Positions 1 to 10,100 of a stretch of 64,000 bases of DNA are shown here, in pieces. The notes under the pieces are model-generated. The model saw nothing but the letters and a program-made list of their open reading frames with translations, searched no databases and was not told where the DNA came from. Position 1 is the first letter of the stretch, and each line of letters starts with the position of its first letter. The stretch covers positions 746 to 64,745 of the forward strand of contig JANNSS010000043.1 of assembly GCA_031402955.1 (NCBI GenBank), in the 5' to 3' direction. The position numbers and the translations under genes were made by a program. Source of the stretch: Saprospiraceae bacterium (GTDB lineage Bacteria > Bacteroidota > Bacteroidia > Chitinophagales > Saprospiraceae).

Positions 1-453
1 ATCAACACAGCTGATAACTTTAAGTCCCGGGCAGTTTGCCAACCAGGATTCAAACATCTGGCTGTGTTGCTGGGCTAACTGCCCTGCTGATCCACTTGGC
101 CCTCTGAAAACGATCGGGCAGGAAAAATTCCCTGCGGACTGTGAAAGGGTTTTCGCTGCATTATTGACAATCTGGTCAAATGCCAGGACCGCAAAATTCC
201 AGGTCATAAATTCCACAATAGGCCTCAACCCATTCATCGCTGCTCCAACCCCGATACCAGCAAATCCAAGCTCAGCTATAGGCGTGTCAATCACCCGCTT
301 AGGTCCAAACTCGTCAAGCATCCCTTTACTCACTTTATACGCGCCATTGTATTCGGCGACCTCCTCTCCCATTAAAAAGACAGTCTGATCCCTCCGCATT
401 TCCTCGATCATCCCTTCCCGAATAGCGTCTCTTAAGGTTAATTCTCTGGCCAT
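1..453 (-). CDS. pdhB: 2-oxoacid (pyruvate) dehydrogenase E1 beta subunit, first 151 codons; the 3' end runs off the window
   Basis: Not in the ORF track because it sits at the window edge. Minus-strand translation from the ATG at 453 gives [87 protein letters not shown]..., a canonical E1-beta N-terminus. Confidence 0.9.
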   Translation of the reverse strand, partial: MARELTLRDAIREGMIEEMRRDQTVFLMGEEVAEYNGAYKVSKGMLDEFGPKRVIDTPIAELGFAGIGVGAAMNGLRPIVEFMTWNFAVLAFDQIVNNAAKTLSQSAGNFSCPIVFRGPSGSAGQLAQQHSQMFESWLANCPGLKVISCVD

Positions 454-478
454 GTATGTTGCATATTTTTTACGACCG

Positions 479-486
479 CAAAACTA
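479..486 (-). promoter_or_regulatory. -7 box TAGTTTTG for pdhB
   Basis: Exact match to the Bacteroidota sigma-A consensus TAnnTTTG, 26 nt upstream of the ATG. Confidence 0.5.
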
Positions 487-569
487 ACAAATCCTGACCA
501 CCCGAATAAAACGGCTTATGGAATAACTCATATTAGGGTTTTCATTCATATTATTAACTTTACATCATC

Positions 570-1433
570 TTGAAGACATTTGCATTTGCCTATACTCCCT
601 ATTACTGGCTAACAGTGACCAGCCTTGCTGTCCTACTTTTCCTCGGAGGTTTGTTTGCCAGTAGTTTCTGGTTTTCAGACCGTTGGGAAGATCTTTTTAA
701 AGAAAACATTGAATTCCTGGTGGAATGTGACCCAGGTATGGATGAAGCGAAATTGGTACCCCTGGAAAGCAGGTTGAGTGCTATAGAAGGCATCCGCGAT
801 CTCCGGTTTGTATCTGCCAACGATGCCATGAAAGTGATGCGGGAGGAACTTGGAGAGCTGGCTCTTCCTGATAGTATGGACAATCCATTCCGCGGGTCTT
901 TCAGATTCAAACTTGATCCATCAAAGGTCGACACTGCCTACGCACATGCGCTTGACAGGGAGTTATCTGGTATTGAGGGTGTCAGCGCATTTTATTACCC
1001 TGATGACTTATACAGCACGATCAGATCCAGACTTAAAAGTATCTCCCTGATCACAGGTGTATTTGCGGGAATTCTGATTCTCCTGATCCTAATCATGATC
1101 CATCACCAGATCAGGATGTATATCATGCAACATCGTTTTCACATACGGACGATGTCCCTGGTAGGGGCAACCCGCAGCTACATACGTAAGCCATTTATTA
1201 CGGAAGTCCTCAAGATGAGCAGTTTTTCAATATTGGTAGCTGCCATAGCCTACCTCACTACCCTTCTTTGGATTGGAAGTCTTGCCGGTCAATCTCTTTT
1301 TGCAACTAACCTCGATATGGTTATCCTTGGCATGGTATTCATTATCGCCCTCGGGATACTCATGTCTTTCTCTGCAGCATGGGCCGCTATCCAACGTTAT
1401 CTTGAATCTACGGATGCCCGGGATTTCATATAG
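570..1433 (+). CDS. ftsX: FtsX-like cell-division permease
   Basis: 287 aa with one N-terminal TM helix, an extracytoplasmic domain and three C-terminal TM helices, which is the FtsX layout. The start is TTG. Confidence 0.75.
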   Translation: MKTFAFAYTPYYWLTVTSLAVLLFLGGLFASSFWFSDRWEDLFKENIEFLVECDPGMDEAKLVPLESRLSAIEGIRDLRFVSANDAMKVMREELGELALPDSMDNPFRGSFRFKLDPSKVDTAYAHALDRELSGIEGVSAFYYPDDLYSTIRSRLKSISLITGVFAGILILLILIMIHHQIRMYIMQHRFHIRTMSLVGATRSYIRKPFITEVLKMSSFSILVAAIAYLTTLLWIGSLAGQSLFATNLDMVILGMVFIIALGILMSFSAAWAAIQRYLESTDARDFI

Positions 1434-1617
1434 CGTGAGAACGTGAGAGCGTGAGAGCGTGAGAGAGTGAGAGAGTGAGAGAGTGAGAGAGTGAGAGAGT
1501 GAGAGCGTGAGAGGTAAGAGAGTGAGAGGTAAGAGAGTGAGAGGTAAGAGAGTGAGAGGTAAGAGAGTGAGAGGTAAGAGAGTGAGAGGCAAGAGAGTAA
1601 GAGAGAAAGACGTGAGG
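1434..1617. repeat. Compound tandem repeat: 10 NGTGAGAG octamers followed by 15-mers AGTGAGAGGTAAGAG (about 5.5 copies)
   Basis: Read directly from the sequence. It starts 1 nt after the ftsX stop, and C occurs almost only at unit heads. Confidence 0.95.
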
Positions 1618-1646
1618 CCCTAAGCACTCTATGTATCATCAACAAA

Positions 1647-1688
1647 CTGCTTACTGAAAACTGATTACTGAACACTGCTCACTGCTAA
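1647..1688. repeat. Heptamer array CTGNNNA x6
   Basis: The units are CTGCTTA CTGAAAA CTGATTA CTGAACA CTGCTCA CTGCTAA. Confidence 0.9.
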
Positions 1689-1724
1689 CTTTTCATTTTC
1701 CGGTTGCTGAGCGTAGTCGAAGCA

Positions 1725-3143
1725 TCACTTTTCACTCTTCACTTTCATAACCTCTTCCATCACTGTTGCCAGATCTTCTCCGGCAATTTTCTTGACCAGG
1801 ATTTTTTTATCCTTGTCGAGGACAAAAATCTGAGGCGTGGTTTTTACATCGTAGATTACTTTATATCTGTTTCTCAGGTATTGGTCGGAAGCATTGACCC
1901 AAATGTCCATCCCTCTTTCTTTGATTGTACTCCAACAGGAAGAAATATCGGAACCTGTCTTGGTGCAGATCGCAAGCATTTCAACGCCTTTGTCTTTGTA
2001 GGCATTATAAAAATCGATGATAAACGGGATTGACTTTTTACAATGACCGCATTCAGGATCCCAGAAGAAGAGGACGGTATATTCAGCTTTGATGGAATGG
2101 ATAGTAATAGTTTCTCCGTTTTCCTTGTAGAAAGGCAGGTCTGGAGCAATTTTACCTATTAAAATCGGCCGAAGTGTTTCAGCTTGTGCAATGAGCTTAT
2201 CCAACTGTTCCTTGTCCATCCAGGTGGCTAGTCCTTTGGCATAATAGTGGTCCACAAGATGCACATAGGCGGCATCCATTCCCATCCGCTTTGATCGTGC
2301 GGATTCATTCAGAAAGTGTACGAGATAGTATTGAAATGCTTCAGGATTTTTATCCATTTTACTAAGCAGATAATCCATGGCGACAATCAGGCTATCCGGC
2401 AATTGATATGTCAGTTTCTGGAGATAGAAATCAATCTTCTGGTGTATCACGCCTGAACGCATCGTACGGGGATCATTCAGATCAAACTGGTCAAAATAAT
2501 GGGCCCTGAAATATTCATATTGTTTCTGCTTTCGATCAGCTTCTTCAAGGTCTTCATATGGGGGAACGTCTATTTCCTGATTGGCCCGAATCAGCATCGA
2601 TGTCATCGTTTTTGGATACTTTTTAATCTCCTCTGCCTGAATTTTGGCAACCTCTTCATCAATCACAGCCAACTCCGCCTTATAGGTGCCTGCATGGAGA
2701 GAATCTTCGCTCATCAATTTCTTCAGCTCGTCTGCACGGGGACGGCGTTCTTCAAGCTTCCGCAAATAATCGTAATAAATTTCATTTTCACTGCTCCCCT
2801 TGAATTTAGCGGATTTAACGATGTCATTCAGATCAACAGTAAGTGAGAACCGCTGCTGATCTGCTGCAACCAGCACATGCACAAACTTGTTATCCGGGGG
2901 AATCACCAGCAGATATACTCCGGGATTAAGAGGTTCATCACCTTCAAAGACAAACTTTCCCTGGTTCACCAGTGCTGTATCCTTGAGATATTGTGATTTA
3001 CCAAAATAATACCCAAGTTTAAGGGTATCCCCATCATAGTTCTGAAACTGAACCTCTATTCTGTATGCACCTTCAGGGTCGGTAGCCCATGCAGAAACGG
3101 AGAAAAGAAAATTAATAACAAACAAACTGATAATCAAGCGCAT
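1725..3143 (-). CDS. TlpA/ResA-like thiol-disulfide oxidoreductase (thioredoxin fold) with N-terminal extension
   Basis: 472 aa with a signal peptide. The C-terminal thioredoxin fold carries WDPECGHCKK (a CxxC motif). Confidence 0.8.
   Translation of the reverse strand: MRLIISLFVINFLFSVSAWATDPEGAYRIEVQFQNYDGDTLKLGYYFGKSQYLKDTALVNQGKFVFEGDEPLNPGVYLLVIPPDNKFVHVLVAADQQRFSLTVDLNDIVKSAKFKGSSENEIYYDYLRKLEERRPRADELKKLMSEDSLHAGTYKAELAVIDEEVAKIQAEEIKKYPKTMTSMLIRANQEIDVPPYEDLEEADRKQKQYEYFRAHYFDQFDLNDPRTMRSGVIHQKIDFYLQKLTYQLPDSLIVAMDYLLSKMDKNPEAFQYYLVHFLNESARSKRMGMDAAYVHLVDHYYAKGLATWMDKEQLDKLIAQAETLRPILIGKIAPDLPFYKENGETITIHSIKAEYTVLFFWDPECGHCKKSIPFIIDFYNAYKDKGVEMLAICTKTGSDISSCWSTIKERGMDIWVNASDQYLRNRYKVIYDVKTTPQIFVLDKDKKILVKKIAGEDLATVMEEVMKVKSEK
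1726..1746. repeat. Heptamer array CACTTTT CACTCTT CACTTTC, overlapping the last codons of the TlpA-like CDS
   Basis: It is the inverted twin of GTGAAAA ATGAAGA ATGAAAA at 61077. Confidence 0.8.
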
Positions 3144-3192
3144 AATTCCTTGTCTTTTTCGATACTGTCTTCTGGATATAACGGCAGTCCGT

Positions 3193-3200
3193 CAAAGTTA
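3193..3200 (-). promoter_or_regulatory. -7 box TAACTTTG for the TlpA-like gene
   Basis: Matches TAnnTTTG, 50 nt upstream of the ATG. Confidence 0.45.
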
Positions 3201-3315
3201 GGAACTCCGAGGAAATGAAGCTTACACCGGGATTGGCTTACTTCACAATATAACGTTAAAAGCGCTGGCTATCCTGCCCTGAATAAAGTCCTTAAACACA
3301 ACCCATTCCTCAATG

Positions 3316-3927
3316 CTATTCGCCGATGAGTTTTTTCTTCATGGCTGTAAACTCCTCTTCGGAGATCAGCCCTTCGCGCCTTAGTTCCGCCAGTTCTTTC
3401 AATTTATCCACCGTTTTCCCGGAAGTCTTAGCATCCGTGGCCTGTTCGGCAGCCTCACGCTTTCTTTCATTTTCGCGTTTTATCTGCTCCGCTACCTTCT
3501 TGCCCTTCTCAAATTTTTCATTGTACATTTTCTTCAATCTTTTCGGATCGAAATCAAGAAAAGTACCGCCGGTTTCGAAGTGTTTTTTGAATACTTCACC
3601 TAATGCAAAAGAGGATGCCCCTGATAAAACGGCCATAGTGACTCCGCCTATCACAGAGCCAATCCCCGGAATAAATTTGATCATAGCCTTTGCGCCCATT
3701 CTTGCGAGTCCGGAACCTGTCAGGCTGGTGATAATTGCTTTTCCTTCGGATTCCTTAAAATCCTGATCATACAGTTTGCACAACTGACGGATCATATCCA
3801 ATTGAATGCCACTCACGGCGAAAAAATCAACAATGGGAACGGGAATCAAACCTGCCCCCATCGACCATATAATGTGATTCTTTATGATCGTATCTGCGTG
3901 CCTTTCCTTTTCTGTTTTTTCTGACAT
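3316..3927 (-). CDS. DUF697 (YcjF-like) membrane protein fused to a C-terminal SHOCT domain
   Basis: 203 aa. It has a glycine-rich hydrophobic DUF697-like core (IIWSMGAGLIPVPIVDF...PGIGSVIGGVTMAV), a charged linker, and a tail LKELAELRREGLISEEEFTAMKKKLIG that is typical of SHOCT. Confidence 0.6.
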   Translation of the reverse strand: MSEKTEKERHADTIIKNHIIWSMGAGLIPVPIVDFFAVSGIQLDMIRQLCKLYDQDFKESEGKAIITSLTGSGLARMGAKAMIKFIPGIGSVIGGVTMAVLSGASSFALGEVFKKHFETGGTFLDFDPKRLKKMYNEKFEKGKKVAEQIKRENERKREAAEQATDAKTSGKTVDKLKELAELRREGLISEEEFTAMKKKLIGE

Positions 3928-4050
3928 ATCGTTTGTGCTGAATGTTTAGTTTGATTCATGCTCCCCGAATATCAGGGAATTTCGCGACTTAAGGATAGAT
4001 AATTTCGACTATCGAGCCACCCTACGCGATCAATACTTTTTATCCACGCT

Positions 4051-4095
4051 ATCAGGCGTCTGCAATCCACCAGACGCGGACTGCAGACGCCTGAT
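4051..4095 (-). terminator. Hairpin downstream of the A2M gene
   Basis: Perfect 14-bp inverted repeat ATCAGGCGTCTGCA / TGCAGACGCCTGAT with a 17-nt loop, 10 nt past the stop codon. Confidence 0.6.
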
Positions 4096-4104
4096 ATGCA
4101 GGAT

Positions 4105-7100
4105 TTAGTTTTTAGTCACTTGAACCCTATTACCCTGACTGTGGCTCCCAAACTCCGGCGCATACATACACTGCAACGTGGCCAGGCCTTCACTGTAGGC
4201 ACCTGCCTGAGCAACAGTCACAGGATACTCAATGACATATTTACCACGTGGCAGGTAATCAATAAAAAAATGAGTAGCGAGGTCACGGGTACTTTGATAA
4301 TAACCTAATCCACTAGCCCACCGGTATCCGCTTAGTACATCCATTGGTTCAAATCCTGAAGCTCTCAGATCTTTCAAATGGACAAATTCCATCGCCCTGT
4401 CCGTTTCGATGATTAGTCTGACTATTAATTTGTCACCAACTTTCAATGCCCTGAAGGGAGCAACTTCCGTTACCTCTCCCCGATCCGTATTATTGACGAT
4501 CAGTAATGAACGGGTCACCTTGAGCGGGTTATTGTCAAGTGTTGACTTGACTTTATCAATATCTTCCCAGTATTGCCAGTATGCACTTCCCCATGCTATA
4601 TGTGAATTTGGATTGCTTACCGTGACGGATGACCAGTCCGGTTTGATCTGATCTCCAGTCCAGGATTTTTTCACATAGCCGGTGCCGCCCTCTGCGGAGG
4701 TAGAACTACCTATCACCTCCTGCCCACCAAGTTTGACCTGGACTATCCCGACAGATTGCAACCATGTATCCGGATGAATCAGCAAAGCATAGATCGCAGA
4801 AGCAGTTGCCTTGGTTGTTTTCCATTGGGTAGTTTGCTTCTGCTTTAACAACCAGACCCTCAGTTCATCTATTTCTGCCTGTGGTACATCCATGTCCTGG
4901 AATAATTCAATCATCAGAGATTGTAACTCCACGGCTGCTTCATTCCATTGAAATCCCGGAGATAATTTCCAATAACGTCCGAGTTCTTCATGGACGATGG
5001 TTCGCTCGCGTAGTGAAGCAAGAATCTCCTTAGAAACATTCGCTTGCGGCCATGTCCTGAAACTTGCCAATGCGGCCAACCCCTGATCATATATGCCAAA
5101 CTGCAACCAGTACTTTTCAATCTGCGCCTGCAGGTAACTATTGATTTCATCCATTTGCGCAGGATGTTCAATGTTGGTATAGAATGAACGCGTATACAGA
5201 TAATGCAACTGCATGGAACTTATCTGAAGGTCACTCATTTTTAGTTTTCCCTTTGCCTCAAGTTTCTTCAGCTCATCATACCATTCCATCATTCGAGAAT
5301 CAATATAGGGCACAGCTTTCTGAATGATATCATTTCCATTACCGGCCGGTAGAGCAACACCCATCTTGTTTAAATGACCGAATCCTTCAAGTATATATTG
5401 TGTGATATACCAGTTGTCCCTGCCTCCGGGGAACCAGGCGAATCCTCCATTCGACATCTGCATCTGGCGTAATTGATCAAGAGATTGCTGACTTTCATTT
5501 CGCAATCTGTTTGTTTCAAATAAAAGTGCAATGTCCTTTTTCTGTTGGGATTCTCCCATAGCATCACGCACCCAGGGAGTTTCTTCAAGCAATGCTGATT
5601 TCAAGTCCTGGTTCTTTGACAAGTTACTGACCAGGGCATCATCACCTGTCGCATTCCACGCATTATATACCTGGCGTATAGCAGGATACTTTCCGGCGAT
5701 ATGGGAAGCAAGAGTATTAGCATACATCCTGCTGAAAATCTGCTCAGCACATTCATGTGGATACTCCATTAGGTAAGGCAAAGCCTGTACTGCATACCAG
5801 GCAGGTGATGTAGTCATTTCCACTACGTATTGATGGTTGATGGAGTTTGCAGACTTCTTGTCCAACATTGATTTGAAAACAAATGTCCTTGTCTCATTTG
5901 CTTTAATCGGCAGAGGTAATGTCTCTGTGATTAAAATACTGTTGCTGACTACAGGCAGGATTGATTCTTCACCATCTGAAAATGCTCCTGCTGATGCTGT
6001 GACCTGGTATTTGACAGGTCTCTTCCAACCTGAAGGAACATATAGTGTCCAAGCAAGGGGAGTACTTCCATTTTGCACTACTTGCAATGCCTGTTCAGTG
6101 GATTTCAAACCCCATGCAGCTGAAACATCTTCATCCGTAAAGGCATCGATGATCATTAGCTTTGATTTACCAGATATAGCTGTATTGGTCAGATTAGAGA
6201 CTTTAATCTGAAAAGCTATGGTATCGCCATCACGAAAAAATCGTGGAGGATTCGGGAATACCATCAATTGCTTTTGTGTAACTGCTTCGGCCTGAGCCAA
6301 TCCAAAGGCAAGGTCCTTCGTATGAGCCAGAGCCTGAAATTTCCATCGGGTTAAGCCTTCTTTCATTTTAAAAGAGAACGTCAACCTGCCTTGATCATCC
6401 GTATTGATCTGAGGATAAAAGAAAACCGTTTCATCAAGCACTGATCGTACAGGAGAAGGGGATATCAACTCATCAACAGATTCTTTTTTGCTATTATCTA
6501 CTTGATTCATTTGATCTGCCTCGCCGGGGGCCGCTCCTTCTTCCAATGCGGAAGGAGCTGGCATTTCTCCAGCTGAATATTGCCACCTATATTCTATATC
6601 TCCATCTTTATATCTTTTACCACCACGTACCATCGGATGATATCCACCTTCCGGATAATACCCATATTCATTGATGTCCCTGTATTGTCTTACCGGTATA
6701 TCCTGGTAGTTTTGTTCCCATGGATAAGCCAATCCCCAATAGTTAGCAGCAACTGGCTGAGTCCATTGAATTCCAATGCGTGATGATGTAGAAGGATATA
6801 AACTCATTTGCCATTGGTGCGGAACAAATGCATCCAGTGAAGCATCATACATACTCATCACCAACTCAGCCATGACTTTCTCCTGTTTCTGTCCTTCCAC
6901 AGTCAACGTCCATGTTTCTTCATCACCGGGCTCCATTTTATCACGCCAGGTCTTCAGATTTACTTTCAATTCTTTATTTGACCAGGGCACCTGTATCAAT
7001 TGCTGGTCTTTAAAGAACCGGTTGTTGTACGCCGTAAGATGATGCACATAGACACCTCCTCTGTCTTCCTCTGTCAACTTAATAAGGGGATCTGCAGTCA

Positions 7101-10100
7101 TTGGCAAGTTAAGCATGCTCCTTTTAGCAGGTGGGGTGCGGTGCTCTATCACCCTGATCATTTTGGGAGGTGCTACGATCCCAGTGAGCAAATCAAAATA
7201 AACAGTATTTCCTGGCTCGTATTTCTGATCTTTGAAATCTATCTGACTAACTTCAAAACCTGGCAACAACTGACCTTTGTCATATGCCATGATATATTGG
7301 TCCATCTTGAATTCATTGCCGGTGGCATCTTTCCAGGTCGAGCTAACTTTATAATATCCAGGAGCTGTAATCAGGGAAGAAAAATCCATGGTACCTGTAC
7401 CATCCACTACAAACGATTTCTTTCCAATTACTCTATCTACTGGCCAACCAGACATTTTTTCCCGCCCAGGCACAGCATAATCTGCAAACCTTGTTACATA
7501 ATCCTGCTCAGATAAGCTAAGTATATCCGGAGCTGTCCACAATCTGTTTCGTCGATTCTGCGCAGGTCCTTTTATTGCTGAAACTTCAACCTCTCCATTT
7601 ACTTTTACATCAGCACCATCAGTATTGGTGGCCATGACCTCAATTGACTCCAGTGCTTGCATTGAAACCCGTTCACGAAGACTGATATTGATCTCGTAAC
7701 CTTGTTGATTCAGTACAAGGAATTTCGTTGCTTCATGTGTTTCTCCAGTGATATCTGTCACTATAACAGTGATTTCAAACCTGTACATTAAGTCCGGATC
7801 TCCACCTGGCTTTCCCTTGGCAGGAAATGTGATAATGATGCCGCCATCCTCTTGCGTAAATAACTGACCTGTTGCCAGTACCTGTCGGTCATCATCTCCA
7901 GGCCAGAAACTTTTATAATAACCGTACCACCAAGGCCTGTAAGCAATACGCTCTACACGATATCCTGCTATAGCTCCTGCAACAGGACTGCCAGCATAAT
8001 CCTTGGCCATACCATTTACTGTAACATTTTCATTTAACCGGACTACTTGATTGAGTGTATCAAAAATGACCTCAAACTTTGGACGCTTATACTCCTCCAC
8101 ACGGAAATAATGTCTACCCGAGCCATAACTTGAGGAAATGGACATCTGACCTGTCAGACCTCCCGATGGAAGATCAACCTGTCCGAAAAAAGTACCGTAA
8201 GCATTGGTTGTTAATGACTGCTTTGAAACCACTTGTCCATTCGCGTCGTATAATACGACATCCACATTTTTATTGGTGACAATGGAGGGCAGACCCGACT
8301 TGTCAAAATCCAGTGCATAACCCTTGAAATAGAGTTTCTGACCAGGCCTGTAAATGGACCTGTCTGTAAAGAACAGTGTCGTAGGATTTGATTTGACACC
8401 TGCTGTATACCTATAAGAATAATAAGCATCATCCACATACAACTCATCCTCCCCTTTCGTGAGCCTGAGAGAAATACTCTTATTGTCATGCGCTGGAATC
8501 TGAATCCATCCGCTAGCATCACTGACCGCTTGACCGAGTTTCAGTTCCTCTTGCTTTCTGAGGCCTGCATTATATTCAAAAGAAATAAATTCAACCTTGA
8601 CATCCTTCATCGGCAGACCAGTGGATCTGTTGACCACCGCCGCTACTTCCCCTTGATCTTTATCATCCAGATACCAGTAGGCTAACTCGGATACAGTAAA
8701 CATTACTGTACCGGATGTAGCCGTATTGTTTGTGAAGTTTTCATGATCGGATATCAAGAGCGCATAGTGACCAACGGGTAAAGCAGGCACCGCAATTTCC
8801 GTAGAGTGTTGCTGGTGATCATTCCCTGAATCAAAAGTTTCCTTCCAATCCTTTCTGGAGGATAATTGATTTAATCTTCGTAAGACCTCCTCACCATCCC
8901 ATGCATCACCCCGCCATCTTCTGGGGGATTCCGGAAGCTTTACAATTTTAAAATACATGGATGAAAAATTCCGGTATTCCAACTGAGCTAACAATTCCTC
9001 ACCTGGCAGGCATATGGATTCGACACTGGCAGAAACCGACTTTTGTTCTATTTGTTGTATCAGGGTTTTGCATAATTGACTTCCATACGCATCAGGGAAT
9101 GTACGGATCGCACGTTCACAAATTTCCTTTGCCTCGTTATAAGCGTATCGCATTGAGGAATCCCGTTCTTCCCGCCATTGACTGCCTTGGTTGATCAATA
9201 ATTGAGCCCTGTAATAATCGATGAGCGTTGATTCAGGATTATCCTTGTGCTTCTTTGCCAGATTCATCAAGGCAGCCTGATACAATGAATCCTTATTGTC
9301 GATGAGGATATATTGATGCACAAACTGAAGCCGTTTTAGATCTGCGTCCAGTAAAGCTGATTCATGGGCGTCATCAGCGAGACGGAATGCGATAAGATCC
9401 TGAAACCAACTTAGCGCTAGCCAGGTTGATGATGTGCTGTCTGCTGTAGGGAAATTGTGTGCTGCAAAGGATATGGCCGGATTGAATGCATTTGGATCAG
9501 TCAACACAAAATCATAAGCAGGCTTAGTGAGGTATGATTCTGTTCCTGCATAAAAATCTAATGCACGATGCATTAGTATATCATATAAGGTTGGCCTTAG
9601 ATCATCTGTATTCTGTTCTTCTGTCAGCAAAGGAAGAAATGCTTTGACATCTGCAGTTTTTAATCCTTCCCATTGAACTGACTGTTTATAATGGGAATGA
9701 ATCTTATCTGTAAAATGGCGGATTCCCCATGTGCGGATATCAGGACCTGCGATTCCTCCGAATTCTGTGCGATTCTTCAATTCCCAAAGATGCGTTTGAA
9801 GATAGATCGTATACCAACGTGCCAACAGTGAATGCATAATTGATTTTGCCGGCTCAGGGAAGGACTTCAACTCGGCTTCCCCGCGCTCCAATGCCTTGAT
9901 AGCAGAGTCTTCCTCGAGCTGGGTGAGGTATCTGTTTTCGAATAAAGTGGCCTTGATGAGGTTGTTAGATTCAGAACCACTTAAAGCCAATTGTTTGATT
10001 TTCCTCACTTCTTCCAATGCTGAGGTCGCAAGGCCCTTCTGCTCAAGTGAATCAATGGATTTCCATAGTTTCTCCATTACCACAGGATCAACCATTGGTG

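Noticed and set aside
1434-1617. Possible CRISPR array (also considered for 32267-32398)
   Set aside because: The units are contiguous with no spacers, the period is only 8-15 nt, and there is no cas gene in the window. The 32.3 kb element has four copies of a 10-11-mer in alternating orientation, which is palindrome architecture rather than a direct-repeat/spacer pattern.
1227-1675. Two minus-strand ORFs (121 aa and 92 aa) encoding PLTLL... and LSLSY... repeat 'proteins'
   Set aside because: They are simply translations of the 8/15-nt tandem array. The 8-nt and 15-nt periods give a repeating peptide only by accident of frame, one ORF overlaps the ftsX 3' end, and there is no promoter or start context.
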